Source: a virus. From it: a stretch of DNA of 37,165 nt. A program made the translations under genes and the position numbers. The stretch lies in the UHGV virus genome UHGV-0093680, one strand, 5' to 3'. Shown piece by piece: positions 7,724 to 16,354 of the stretch; positions within the stretch are counted from its first letter, which is position 1, and each line of letters starts with the position of its first letter. The notes beneath the pieces were generated by a model. The model saw nothing but the letters and a program-made list of their open reading frames with translations, was not told where the DNA came from and did no database searches.

Positions 7724-8431
7724 TCACAAACTTTTCAGCCACTCCCTTGCCTCGATGTCATCCAGATGGCGAGATTGCTTCAGAATACCAGCCACATACT
7801 CCACCTTTGCTACTTGATGATAAGGCAACGTTATTGGCCTATGGTCCTGGTTGATGCTTGTAAACTGGTATTCTCCGTCTCTGTCATAGCCAAGAACCTT
7901 AATCATGTTGTGTCCTTCAACGGTTCTGACAAACACCTCATCACCCGGGAATACTTTGGTGTTAGGCTCAATGAGTACATATTCTCCTGATTTTATTCTG
8001 GGCCACATGCTGTCTCCTTTCACACGAAGGCCAAAGGCATCTGGATCATCGCTATAAATTTTGAGCCACCCATCGCGCTCTTCGGTCATCTCGATGGCAC
8101 CATCAACACCAAGAATTGCCTCACCAACCACGCGCACTAACCCTTTTTTTAATTTGCCAACAAATGAAAGAGTATCTTCATCATTCGCTCCATTTAACGA
8201 AGTGCCGTGCTGAAGCCAAACAACATCAACGTTTAGAAATTTCGCAAGCGCATTCATTTTTTCCTGACGCGGTAAAGACTCAGCATTAAACCATTTGCTA
8301 ACGCCTTTGGACGAAAGAGAAAGGGCACGGGCTATAGCCATTCCCCTACCATGTTCATCAAGACCAGCTTCTTTACAGGCTTGCGCTAGCCGCTGGGCGA
8401 ATTCTTTGCGCACTTTTTCATTCTGAACCAT
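7724..8431 (-). CDS. cI: CI-type repressor (HTH plus S24 LexA-like peptidase domain)
   Basis: N-terminal HTH region, C-terminal GDSMWP…K autocleavage motif; divergent from cro across an operator region. Confidence 0.85.
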   Translation of the reverse strand: MVQNEKVRKEFAQRLAQACKEAGLDEHGRGMAIARALSLSSKGVSKWFNAESLPRQEKMNALAKFLNVDVVWLQHGTSLNGANDEDTLSFVGKLKKGLVRVVGEAILGVDGAIEMTEERDGWLKIYSDDPDAFGLRVKGDSMWPRIKSGEYVLIEPNTKVFPGDEVFVRTVEGHNMIKVLGYDRDGEYQFTSINQDHRPITLPYHQVAKVEYVAGILKQSRHLDDIEAREWLKSL

Positions 8432-8509
8432 GAGTACGATACTAAAGCACTTGCAAAAACTTTCAGTTCAATCATAATGCGTACTGAAAGTACGAAAAAG
8501 GATATCCCT
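8432..8509. promoter_or_regulatory. OR region with divergent pR and pRM
   Basis: Plus-strand TTGCAA - 16 nt - CATAAT upstream of cro; minus-strand TAGTAT about 7 nt before the cI ATG, implying a leaderless cI mRNA as in lambda; repeated GTAC/ACTTTCAGT-type motifs are likely operator half-sites. Confidence 0.5.
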
Positions 8510-8737
8510 ATGCAAAATCTTGATGAGCCGATTAAAGGTGTCGGCATCCCTGAAGTTGCGAAGGCTTGTGGAGTTAGCGAAAGAGCTGTCTATAAGTGGC
8601 TCAAAAACGGCTTCCTCCCTAAGACTGAGTTTTTTGGGAAAACGAAATACGCATCAAAAATCGAAGAGATTTCTGGTGGCAAATATCAAGCAAGCGAAAT
8701 GCTTGAAATAAGCAAAAAGAACCTTCTGGCTGCATAA
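8510..8737 (+). CDS. cro: Cro-like repressor
   Basis: In-frame ATG within ORF 8477..8737 (MQNLDEPIKGVGIPEVAKACGVSERAVYKWLKNG, an HTH); AAGGA 7 nt upstream; about 75 aa. Confidence 0.75.
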   Translation: MQNLDEPIKGVGIPEVAKACGVSERAVYKWLKNGFLPKTEFFGKTKYASKIEEISGGKYQASEMLEISKKNLLAA

Positions 8738-8775
8738 GTAACACCGCTATTTTCACAATGGACATTCGTCCTACG

Positions 8776-8790
8776 TCGCTGACAAAGCGA
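8776..8790 (+). promoter_or_regulatory. nutR boxB hairpin
   Basis: TCGCTGACAAAGCGA between cro and cII; same loop and stem core as nutL; a possible boxA (CGCTATTTT) lies about 22 nt upstream. Confidence 0.7.
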
Positions 8791-8875
8791 GTCCCAATAT
8801 ATCTGACCAACTAAGGCCATATGCGTTTCCACGCATACCTTTCAACTAACTATTCACTATTGGAAATCTTAAAAA

Positions 8876-9172
8876 ATGGAACAAACAAGTTACAGCAAAC
8901 TATCACAGCGCGACGTTGATCGCGCAGAAACAGATTTACTCATCAACCTGTCAACGCTTACCCAGCGCGGTCTGGCAAAGATGATTGGCTGTCATGAATC
9001 GAAGATAAGCAGAACGGACTGGAGATTTATTGCTTCGGTCTTGTGTGCTTTCGGAATGGCATCAGACATCAGTCCGATTAGCAGGGCTTTTAAGTATGCG
9101 CTTGATGAAATCACAAAGAAAAAATCCCCGGCTGCCACCGAGGATTTTAAGCAAATTGATATGCAATTCTGA
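8876..9172 (+). CDS. cII: CII-like transcriptional activator
   Basis: C-terminus [18 protein letters not shown] resembles lambda CII (…KKRPAATERSEQIQMEF) and a central HTH; position after cro and nutR. Confidence 0.8.
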   Translation: MEQTSYSKLSQRDVDRAETDLLINLSTLTQRGLAKMIGCHESKISRTDWRFIASVLCAFGMASDISPISRAFKYALDEITKKKSPAATEDFKQIDMQF

Positions 9173-9204
9173 GGGAATTACTGGATCAATCCACAGGAGT
9201 AATT

Positions 9205-9351
9205 ATGACAAAACAACTCAGTCCTTACCAGGACAAAATTCACAAACACATACTACGTGATCGCTTCCTGTCCAGCTTCAAGCAGCCTGGTCGATTCCGG
9301 GCTGAGTTGGAAAAAGTGAAGCTGATGCAGAAGGAGAAAGGTCATGAGTAA
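9205..9351 (+). CDS. Small ORF (48 aa) between cII and the O-like gene
   Basis: Not in the ORF track (under 60 aa); ATG 4 nt after AGGAG; overlaps the O start by 8 nt; a 48-codon ORF occupies this position in P22 as I recall. Confidence 0.4.
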   Translation: MTKQLSPYQDKIHKHILRDRFLSSFKQPGRFRAELEKVKLMQKEKGHE

Positions 9352-10204
9352 TCTTGCAACCGTAACACATTTAAGGCCCTCACAACGGCCTGTGGAGCGT
9401 CGTGTGGCAGAAGTTGAAGATGGTTATACCCGTCTTGCAAATGCCCTGTATGAAGAGCTTATCGGCGCAGATTTAACAAAAAATCAGAGCAAGGTTGCCC
9501 ACGCCATATGCCGTAAAACATACGGATACGGTAAAAAGATGGATCGCATCTCTGATAGTCAGTTAGCTCAAATTACCAGGCTGCCAAGACAGAAGGTAAA
9601 CAAGGCCAAGAATGAGCTTATCGCGATGAAGGTAATCCTTCGCGAAGGCCAGCAAATCGGGCCTAACAAGAACATCGAGGAATGGCAAATCGAAGGGTGT
9701 CACTACTCTGGTGATAATGTCACTGCATTGGTGACAAAAAGTGTCACCAAAACGGTGACAGCGCTGTCACCAAAACAGGGACACACAAAAGAAACTATTA
9801 CAAAAGAAAAAAGAAATAATAAAAACACTATGTCCGAAAGTGTTCGGACGGAGTGTGAAAAATCATCTGACCGTCACGAAGAAACCGACAAGGCATTCGA
9901 GGAAATATTCTGGTGTGCAGGCATGCGGAAAGCCGGGAAAAAAAACGCAGCTTCGGCATTCAGAACACAGTTCAGGGAATGGCGTAAAACTACCAGGGGT
10001 ACGGCAAGCGAGTTTGCCACGATGCTGGCAGAAGACATCGCATGCAGGAATGGTAAGCAGTTCGGATTCGACAGGTTGTTACCATCGAGCTACTTGAACG
10101 GTCAGCGCTGGAACGACGAAAAGCCAGAAACCATTCAACCACAATCCAAACCATCATCCGCAATCACCGTATCGAAAACTGGCTACGTGTTTTTCGACAG
10201 GTGA
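9344..10204 (+). CDS. Replication initiator, lambda O-like
   Basis: N-terminal region ([56 protein letters not shown]…GPNKNIEEW) aligns by eye with lambda O; iterons lie inside the gene. Confidence 0.85.
   Translation: MSNLATVTHLRPSQRPVERRVAEVEDGYTRLANALYEELIGADLTKNQSKVAHAICRKTYGYGKKMDRISDSQLAQITRLPRQKVNKAKNELIAMKVILREGQQIGPNKNIEEWQIEGCHYSGDNVTALVTKSVTKTVTALSPKQGHTKETITKEKRNNKNTMSESVRTECEKSSDRHEETDKAFEEIFWCAGMRKAGKKNAASAFRTQFREWRKTTRGTASEFATMLAEDIACRNGKQFGFDRLLPSSYLNGQRWNDEKPETIQPQSKPSSAITVSKTGYVFFDR
9700..9830 (+). repeat. Replication origin: iterons plus AT-rich tract inside the O-like gene
   Basis: Repeated GGTGACA / TGTCACCAAAAC units around 9705-9785, followed by an A/T-rich stretch; same arrangement as the lambda ori. 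Confidence 0.7.
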
Positions 10205-10311
10205 ACCATGAAATCAAAAATCAAATCGCTACTGGTCGCTGGTTATAACCACGGCTGGTTAAGTATTTCGTTTGTCGATTTCTGGTTTAAAAATCTCAAT
10301 CTGAGGGAATC

Positions 10312-12192
10312 ATGAGGCCAAGTGAACTTAGCGACCTGCTTTGGGCGCAGGTTGACAGGGTGGCTCCGCACCTGTTGCCAAATGGCAAGAAAGAGGGGCA
10401 TGAGTGGGTTGCCGGTAACGTCAACGGTGACAAGGGAAACAGCCTTAAGGTCAACCTTAGCGGCAAGAAAAAATGGGCTGATTTCGCTGAGGGAGACGGC
10501 GGTGACATGCTTGATTTGTGGATGGCATGTCGTGGAATTAACCTGCATCAGGCTATGCAGGAAGCGAAAGCATTTCTCGGTATCAAGGATGACGATCACC
10601 ATTTCGATGCCAGACGTGAGAAGAAATTCTCCAGACCTGATCGCAAGAAAATCGCCCGCTACGTTACCAGAACAGAATCCCATCTTGAGTACCTGCAATC
10701 GCGTGGCATATCGCCAGAAATCGTAAAGCGCTACGAGGTTGTCAGCGGCAAGGTGTGGAATGGAGAGCGGGAACTGGATGCTCTGGTGATTCCGTACAAA
10801 CGCGATGGTGAGTTGTTGCAGGTCAAGCGAATCAGCACTGAGCGCCCGGACGGGAAGAAAGTCATTATGGCAGAAGGTGATTGCGAACCTTGCCTGTTCG
10901 GATGGCAGGCTCTGGACGCTGGCGTGAGGGCGGTTGTGCTTTGCGAAGGCGAAATTGATTGTATGAGCTATGCGCAATACGGCATCTCGGCGTTATCCGT
11001 GCCGTTTGGTGGCGGGAAAGGCGCTAAGCAACAGTGGATTGAGTTTGAGTATCACAACCTCGACAGGTTTGAGGAAATATTCATCTCGATGGACGTTGAT
11101 GATGTTGGTCGTGAAGCCGCAAGGGAAATCGCAAGCCGACTCGGTGAACATCGTTGCCGTCTTGTTACTCTGCCGTACAAAGACATCAACGAATGCCTGA
11201 TGAACGGTGTTACCGAGGATGAAATCTGGCAGTACATCGGCACGGCATCCTACTTCGATCCTGAAGAACTCTACAGCGCGCGAGAGTTTTACCAGGACAC
11301 TATCAACGCTTTCTACGGCAAGCAGCAGTATCTGTTTAATCCACCGTGGGAATCTCTGGCAGATAAATTCCAGTTCCGTGAGGCAGAGTTGACGCTGGTC
11401 AATGGGGTGAACGGTCACGGAAAAACGGAGGTTGTCGGGCATATGGCACTTGAGGCAATGCGTCAGGGTGTGAAGACGTGCATCGCGTCACTTGAGCTGA
11501 AGCCTGGTATTCTCCTTAAGCGCCTTACCCGTCAGGCGACGTGCTGCAAGATGCCGCCAGTGCTGGAAATTGACTCTGCATTTAAATTTTATGACGAAAG
11601 ACTTTGGGTGTTTGGCCTGACCGGAACGGCGAAAGCCGACAGGCTGATCGAAATATTCGACTACGCTCGCCGCCGATACGGGATCCAGTTATTCATCATC
11701 GACAGCCTGATGAAATGTGGCATAGGCGACGATGACTATAACGGGCAGAAGGCGTTTGTTGACTCGATTTGCGACTTCAAAAACAAAACAAACTCCCACG
11801 TCATTCTCGTTACTCACTCGCGAAAAGGAGACAGCGAAGAAAAACCAACCGGGAAAATGGACGTAAAAGGCTCTGGAGCGATAACAGACCTGACAGACAA
11901 CCTTTTTATCATCTGGCGTAACAAGGCTCGCGAGAGAGCGTTACAGAGAGTTCAAAGCGGTGAACAGATGTCAGAGAAGGACGAACAGCTACTGGTGTCT
12001 CCGGCATCTGTTTTGATGCTTGAAAAACAACGTAACGGCGAAGGTTGGGAAGGTGGTGTCCCGTTGTTCCTTGACGAGCAATCGCACCAGTTCCTGCAAC
12101 TTGAATCAGGATCGCCATATAGCTACATCGCCAATATGCCGAAATCGGAATATGACGAGGCGTGGCGACAGGAAAACGTGACGGAGTATTAA
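10312..12192 (+). CDS. Primase-helicase fusion (TOPRIM primase plus RecA-fold helicase)
   Basis: TOPRIM-like VVLCEGEIDCMSYAQYG, Walker A GVNGHGKT and Walker B-like IIDSLMK; 626 aa, directly downstream of the O-like gene. Confidence 0.8.
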   Translation: MRPSELSDLLWAQVDRVAPHLLPNGKKEGHEWVAGNVNGDKGNSLKVNLSGKKKWADFAEGDGGDMLDLWMACRGINLHQAMQEAKAFLGIKDDDHHFDARREKKFSRPDRKKIARYVTRTESHLEYLQSRGISPEIVKRYEVVSGKVWNGERELDALVIPYKRDGELLQVKRISTERPDGKKVIMAEGDCEPCLFGWQALDAGVRAVVLCEGEIDCMSYAQYGISALSVPFGGGKGAKQQWIEFEYHNLDRFEEIFISMDVDDVGREAAREIASRLGEHRCRLVTLPYKDINECLMNGVTEDEIWQYIGTASYFDPEELYSAREFYQDTINAFYGKQQYLFNPPWESLADKFQFREAELTLVNGVNGHGKTEVVGHMALEAMRQGVKTCIASLELKPGILLKRLTRQATCCKMPPVLEIDSAFKFYDERLWVFGLTGTAKADRLIEIFDYARRRYGIQLFIIDSLMKCGIGDDDYNGQKAFVDSICDFKNKTNSHVILVTHSRKGDSEEKPTGKMDVKGSGAITDLTDNLFIIWRNKARERALQRVQSGEQMSEKDEQLLVSPASVLMLEKQRNGEGWEGGVPLFLDEQSHQFLQLESGSPYSYIANMPKSEYDEAWRQENVTEY

Positions 12193-12274
12193 ATGGCCAT
12201 CTACATCACTGAGCTGATAGCAGGGTTATCGTTACTAATGGTTCTTACTGTATATATTATTAAGTATATTCTTT

Positions 12275-12886
12275 ATGCGAATAAAAAAACTAATTGATCA
12301 CGATGAGCTTCTGTCAACATTATCATATGACTCAGAAACAGGAATATTTAAATGGCTAAAAACAAATTCAGTAGTAAGAGTAAAAGGTAGTATTGCTGGA
12401 GGTGTTAGTGGTGGTTATATATGCATTAGCATAAATAATGTTTTGTATTATGCGCATAGACTTGCTTGGTTCTATGTATACAAAAAATGGCCTCCTAAGT
12501 TTATTGATCATGTAAATGGGAACAGACTTGACAATAGGATTTCAAATCTAAGACTGGCAACAGAGGAGCAGAATGCAAGAAACATTGTAGGGAATAGGTT
12601 AAACACATCCGGTGCGATTGGAGTGTCTTGGGATAAGACAACTGGCAGGTGGAAGTCTTATGTTGGTTATAAAAATAAGACAATATCGTTAGGGTATTTC
12701 GATAGCAAAGAAGATGCAGCATTCATAGCAGCACTAGCAAGAAAGAAACTATATGGAACTTATGCGAGTAAAGCACTTAATTGCGAGCATGAGCTTTTAT
12801 CTCAATTTAATAATGATGAGGATAAACTTGCGGAATATCTTAAGGAAAAATCTAAAAGGACTCGAAAGCGTGTTAAAAAAAGATAA
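12275..12886 (+). CDS. HNH endonuclease with AP2-type DNA-binding domain
   Basis: HNH motif IDHVNGNRLDNRISNLRLATEEQNARN followed by an AP2-like segment; sits in a visibly AT-rich island with no clear SD. Confidence 0.75.
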   Translation: MRIKKLIDHDELLSTLSYDSETGIFKWLKTNSVVRVKGSIAGGVSGGYICISINNVLYYAHRLAWFYVYKKWPPKFIDHVNGNRLDNRISNLRLATEEQNARNIVGNRLNTSGAIGVSWDKTTGRWKSYVGYKNKTISLGYFDSKEDAAFIAALARKKLYGTYASKALNCEHELLSQFNNDEDKLAEYLKEKSKRTRKRVKKR

Positions 12887-12920
12887 AGGCCTGCTGGTAA
12901 TCGTAGGCCTTTTGTTTGTA
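12884..12920 (+). terminator. Terminator-like palindromic hairpin after the HNH gene
   Basis: AAAGGCCT…AGGCCTTT stem followed by TTTGTTTGT; the long loop lowers confidence. Confidence 0.45.
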
Positions 12921-13041
12921 TGTAAGCAAAATCGATTTTAAGCCACATAAATAAGCCTGTGGCGACCTAATCATTGCTCAGGCATGTAATTAGGTGGCGA
13001 GATGCAAAAGTTAGTCAGAATGCGATTCAGGAGGTTTAAGG

Positions 13042-13488
13042 GTGAGGCAAATATACATGCTTCGCAACGAAGCAATCAGAAATAACGCCATAGACGCAAT
13101 ACTCTCACTTCCCATCGACGACAAGTCACCCCACGAAGTCCACGTTAAAGAATCCAAGCGTAGCAAAGCGCAGAATGACCGTATGTGGCCGATGCTGAAC
13201 GATGTTTCGCGTCAGGTGCTATGGCATGGTCAACGGCTGGCGCCGGAAGACTGGAAAGACCTGTTCACTGCCCTGTGGCTTAAGACCAAAAAACTGGAGC
13301 AACGAAGTGTGCCTGGTATCGACGGTGGCGTTGTCATGCTTGGCGTGCGTACCAGCAAAATGCGAAAGGCCAGCATGACTGAGCTTATCGAAATCATGTT
13401 TTGGTTCGGCTCAGAGCGCAACGTGCGGTGGAGTGATGACTCCCGGCGAGAGTATGAATGGTCACAACGAACAGGGAGGGAGGCATGA
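13042..13488 (+). CDS. ninB: NinB (Orf-family recombination protein)
   Basis: Similarity by recollection to lambda NinB (…DVSRQV.WHG…WSD…EW); GTG start 7 nt after AGGAGG (an ATG lies 5 codons downstream). Confidence 0.85.
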   Translation: MRQIYMLRNEAIRNNAIDAILSLPIDDKSPHEVHVKESKRSKAQNDRMWPMLNDVSRQVLWHGQRLAPEDWKDLFTALWLKTKKLEQRSVPGIDGGVVMLGVRTSKMRKASMTELIEIMFWFGSERNVRWSDDSRREYEWSQRTGREA

Positions 13489-13667
13489 GGCGACAGCGAC
13501 GAAGTTTCACCGACATCATCTGCGAAAACTGCAAATACCTTCCAACGAAACGCTCCAGAAATAAACGCAAGCCAATCCCAAAAGAATCTGACGTAAAAAC
13601 CTTCAACTACACGGCTCACCTGTGGGATATCCGGTGGCTAAGACATCGTGCGAGGAAAACAAGGTGA
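13485..13667 (+). CDS. ninE: NinE
   Basis: [53 protein letters not shown]… is near-identical to lambda NinE as I recall it; ATGA overlap with ninB. Confidence 0.85.
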   Translation: MRRQRRSFTDIICENCKYLPTKRSRNKRKPIPKESDVKTFNYTAHLWDIRWLRHRARKTR

Positions 13668-13834
13668 TTGACCAAAATCGAAGTTACGAACAAGAAAGCG
13701 TCGAGCGGGCTTTAACGTGCGCTAATTGCGGTCAGAAGCTGCATGTGCTGGAAGTTCACGTGTGTGAGCACTGCTGTGCAGAACTGATGAGCGATCCGAA
13801 TAGCTCGATGCACGAGGAAGAAGACGATGGCTAA
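13664..13834 (+). CDS. ninF: NinF
   Basis: [55 protein letters not shown] matches lambda NinF as I recall it; GTG start overlapping the ninE stop. Confidence 0.8.
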   Translation: MIDQNRSYEQESVERALTCANCGQKLHVLEVHVCEHCCAELMSDPNSSMHEEEDDG

Positions 13835-14438
13835 ACCAGCGCGAAGACGATGTAAAAACGATAAATGTCGGGAATGGTTTCATCCTGCATTCGCTAATCA
13901 GTGGTGGTGCTCTCCAGAGTGTGGAACCAAGATAGCACTCGAACGACGAAGTAAAGAACGCGAAAAAGCGGAAAAAGCAGCAGAGAAGAAACGACGACGA
14001 GAGGAGCAGAAACAGAAAGATAAACTTAAGATTCGAAAACTCGCCTTAAAGCCCCGCAGTTACTGGATTAAACAAGCCCAACAAGCCGTAAACGCCTTCA
14101 TCAGAGAAAGAGACCGCGACTTACCATGTATCTCGTGCGGAACGCTCACGTCTGCTCAGTGGGATGCCGGACATTACCGGACAACTGCTGCGGCACCTCA
14201 ACTCCGATTTGATGAACGCAATATTCACAAGCAATGCGTGGTGTGCAACCAGCACAAAAGCGGAAATCTCGTTCCGTATCGCGTCGAACTGATTAATCGC
14301 ATCGGGCAGGAAGCAGTAGACGAAATCGAATTAAACCATAACCGCCATCGCTGGACTGTCGAAGAGTGCAAGGCGATCAAGGCAGAGTACCAACAGAAAC
14401 TCAAAGACCTGCGAAATAGCAGAAGTGAGGCCGCATGA
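13827..14438 (+). CDS. ninG: NinG (Rap recombination endonuclease)
   Basis: 203 aa, Cys-rich, basic [12 protein letters not shown] tract; matches lambda NinG in size and sequence as recalled. Confidence 0.85.
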   Translation: MAKPARRRCKNDKCREWFHPAFANQWWCSPECGTKIALERRSKEREKAEKAAEKKRRREEQKQKDKLKIRKLALKPRSYWIKQAQQAVNAFIRERDRDLPCISCGTLTSAQWDAGHYRTTAAAPQLRFDERNIHKQCVVCNQHKSGNLVPYRVELINRIGQEAVDEIELNHNRHRWTVEECKAIKAEYQQKLKDLRNSRSEAA

Positions 14439-14641
14439 CGTTCTCAGTAAAAACCATTCCAGACATGCTCGTTGAAGCATACGGAAACCAGACAGAAGTA
14501 GCACGCAGACTGAAATGTAGTCGCGTTACGGTCAGAAAATACGTTGATGATAAAGACGGGAAAATGCACGCCATCGTCAACGACGTTCTCATGGTTCATC
14601 GCGGATGGAGTGAAAGAGATGCGCTATTACGAAAGAATTGA
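14435..14641 (+). CDS. ninH: NinH
   Basis: 68 aa ([37 protein letters not shown]…) with an HTH; matches lambda NinH as recalled; ATGA overlap with ninG. Confidence 0.85.
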   Translation: MTFSVKTIPDMLVEAYGNQTEVARRLKCSRVTVRKYVDDKDGKMHAIVNDVLMVHRGWSERDALLRKN

Positions 14642-15290
14642 TGGCAGCAAATACCGAAATATTTGGGTAGTTGGCGATCTGCACGGATGCTACACGAACC
14701 TGATGAAAAAACTGGAGACGATAGGATTCGACACCAAAAAAGACCTGCTTATCTCGGTTGGCGATTTGGTCGATCGCGGTACAGAGAACGTCGAATGCCT
14801 GGAATTAATCACATTCCCCTGGTTCAGAGCTGTACGTGGAAACCATGAGCAAATGATGATTGATGGCTTATCAGAGCGCGGAAACGTCAATCACTGGATG
14901 CTTAATGGCGGTGGCTGGTTCTTTAATCTCGATTACGACAAAGAAATTCTGGCTAAAGCTCTTGCCCATAAAGCAGATGAACTTCCGTTAATCATCGAAC
15001 TGGTGAGCAAAGATAAAAAATATGTCATCTGCCACGCCGATTATCCTTGTGACGAATACGAGTTTGGAAAGCCAGTTGATCATCAGCAGGTAATCTGGAA
15101 CCGAGAACGAATCAGCAACTCACAAGACGGGATCGTGAAAGAAATTAAAGGCGCGGACACGTTCATCTTTGGTCATACGCCAGCAGTGAAACCGCTCAAA
15201 TTTGCCAACCAGATGTATATCGATACCGGCGCAGTGTTCTGCGGAAAGCTCACATTGATTCAGGTACAGGGAGAAGGCGCGTGGGCATAA
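14619..15290 (+). CDS. ninI: Ser/Thr protein phosphatase (lambda NinI / PPase-like)
   Basis: In-frame ATG within ORF 14544..15290; metallophosphatase motifs GDLHG, GDLVDRG, GNHE; starts [25 protein letters not shown] as in the lambda phosphatase. Confidence 0.85.
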   Translation: MRYYERIDGSKYRNIWVVGDLHGCYTNLMKKLETIGFDTKKDLLISVGDLVDRGTENVECLELITFPWFRAVRGNHEQMMIDGLSERGNVNHWMLNGGGWFFNLDYDKEILAKALAHKADELPLIIELVSKDKKYVICHADYPCDEYEFGKPVDHQQVIWNRERISNSQDGIVKEIKGADTFIFGHTPAVKPLKFANQMYIDTGAVFCGKLTLIQVQGEGAWA

Positions 15291-15769
15291 GAGAACTAAA
15301 CCTCACCAAAGAACAGCACGATTGGCTGAATGGCTGGCTTGAACTGTGGGGCGCATGGGTTTATTCAGGCCGCCTGGAAAAGCGCATGAGCAGCGTAATA
15401 GCGAAGTTCATGGAGAGCGTAGAGCCGGGAAGAGTTATGACAAGGCCAATGTGTAATGATGATGATGGAATGTTGATTTCTCAGGTCGTCGATTCCGTCA
15501 TGTGCATTGACAAGAAAGCCTTTGGCATCCTCCTCAGCTACTACGCTCATGGATCTTCCAAGCATGCCATTGCATCTTACTATCATCGTGCCGCAAGACC
15601 TCGCAAGATGTTATGCCGGGGCGGCGGGCGTATTCAAAAACCATCGCTCGCAACCTGTCGCCGGGAAGTTGACGAAATCCTCAATGCCTCGTTGTTTATG
15701 ATTTACCCGGTTCTGGATAGTGCGTTTAAAAACCGGAAACGTGTAGAGAAAATTAAACATGTAGCATAG
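15281..15769 (+). CDS. Q: Q-type late antiterminator (QuuD / phage-82-like family)
   Basis: Segment LELWGAWV…[21 protein letters not shown] resembles the DLP12 QuuD-type Q as I recall it; sits after the nin block and before the late promoter; GTG start after GGAGAAGG. Confidence 0.6.
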   Translation: MGIRELNLTKEQHDWLNGWLELWGAWVYSGRLEKRMSSVIAKFMESVEPGRVMTRPMCNDDDGMLISQVVDSVMCIDKKAFGILLSYYAHGSSKHAIASYYHRAARPRKMLCRGGGRIQKPSLATCRREVDEILNASLFMIYPVLDSAFKNRKRVEKIKHVA

Positions 15770-15775
15770 AATGTG

Positions 15776-15805
15776 TTGACATCATTGAGCAAATGAGCAA
15801 CACTA
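15776..15805 (+). promoter_or_regulatory. Candidate late promoter pR'
   Basis: TTGACA hexamer just after the Q stop, with a weak -10 about 17 nt downstream; a qut site is expected here but not resolved. Confidence 0.4.
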
Positions 15806-15825
15806 TTCGCATAAGCTGCCGTTAG

Positions 15826-15860
15826 TGACTCTTAAGTTGCAACGGTGGCTTTTTTTATTT
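15826..15860 (+). terminator. Candidate tR' terminator
   Basis: Imperfect 8-bp stem (CTGCCGTT…AACGGTGG) followed by TTTTTTTATTT, about 50 nt downstream of the candidate pR'. Confidence 0.5.
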
Positions 15861-15935
15861 GGGGCAGTCGTATAAAGGTCATTACGGAAGGCTGTTAACC
15901 TTCTTATCGTGGTTCGAGTCCACGCTGTCCCGCCA
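15861..15935 (+). tRNA. tRNA-like gene, anticodon GUU (Asn) by manual folding
   Basis: Acceptor stem GGGGCAG/CTGTCCC (one G-U pair), anticodon stem GAAGG/CCTTC with loop CTGTTAA, T-arm CGTGG-TTCGAGT-CCACG, discriminator G, encoded CCA; D-stem only 3 bp. Confidence 0.5.
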
Positions 15936-15940
15936 AATAT

Positions 15941-16016
15941 GCTGGTTTAGCTCCAATGGTAGAGCAGTCGCCTTGTAAGCGAATGGGTGGCGGTTCAAGT
16001 CCGTCAACCAGCACCA
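15941..16016 (+). tRNA. tRNA-like gene, anticodon UGU (Thr) by manual folding
   Basis: Acceptor stem GCTGGTT/AACCAGC, D-arm GCTC-CAATGGTA-GAGC, anticodon loop CTTGTAA, T-arm GGCGG-TTCAAGT-CCGTC, encoded CCA; one mismatch in the anticodon stem. Confidence 0.55.
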
Positions 16017-16059
16017 TAACTGAGCCGTAGCCACTGGCTATCCTGAATTCATCAGTGAT

Positions 16060-16092
16060 AGTTACGCTGCGGCCTTCTTTTTTCCCCTTCCC
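16060..16092 (+). terminator. Possible terminator between the tRNA locus and the holin gene
   Basis: GC-rich segment (CGCTGCGGCC) followed by TTCTTTTTTCC; the stem is not cleanly defined. Confidence 0.3.
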
Positions 16093-16134
16093 AATATAAG
16101 AACTACGCAATCCGTTACTGGCGGAGGCGTTGCT

Positions 16135-16350
16135 ATGAAATCAATGGACAAAATCTCAACTGGCATTGCCTACGGAACATCCGCTGGTAGTGCGGGATAC
16201 TGGTTTTTGCAGTGGTTGGATCAGGTCAGTCCATCACAGTGGGCTGCGATTGGTGTACTGGGGAGTCTGGTTCTGGGCTTCCTGACTTATCTGACAAATC
16301 TGTACTTCAAAATCAGAGAAGACAAGCGTAAGGCTGCACGGGGAGAGTAA
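16135..16350 (+). CDS. S: Class II pinholin, phage-21 S-type, with dual start motif
   Basis: [63 protein letters not shown]… is near-identical to S21 as recalled; 71 aa, two TM segments, Met1/Met4 dual starts; GGAGG upstream. Confidence 0.9.
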   Translation: MKSMDKISTGIAYGTSAGSAGYWFLQWLDQVSPSQWAAIGVLGSLVLGFLTYLTNLYFKIREDKRKAARGE

Positions 16351-16354
16351 TTCA

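Noticed and set aside
9030-9260. 76-aa ORF 9030..9260 (+)
   Set aside because: Overlaps the 3' end of cII in another frame and lacks an SD; the 48-codon ORF at 9205-9351 with AGGAG is a better candidate for this gap.
10243-10977. 244-aa minus-strand ORF across the O-like / primase-helicase junction
   Set aside because: Antisense to two well-supported replication genes; no motifs or SD.
16017-16092. A possible third tRNA after the two tRNA-like genes
   Set aside because: Only a long-range GCCG/CGGC pairing and a short TAGCC/GGCTA hairpin are present; too short for a cloverleaf, and more likely part of a terminator.
15770-16134. Shiga toxin or other toxin cargo downstream of Q and the tRNAs
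   Set aside because: The holin gene starts directly after the tRNA locus; there is no ORF in the position where Stx phages carry stxAB.
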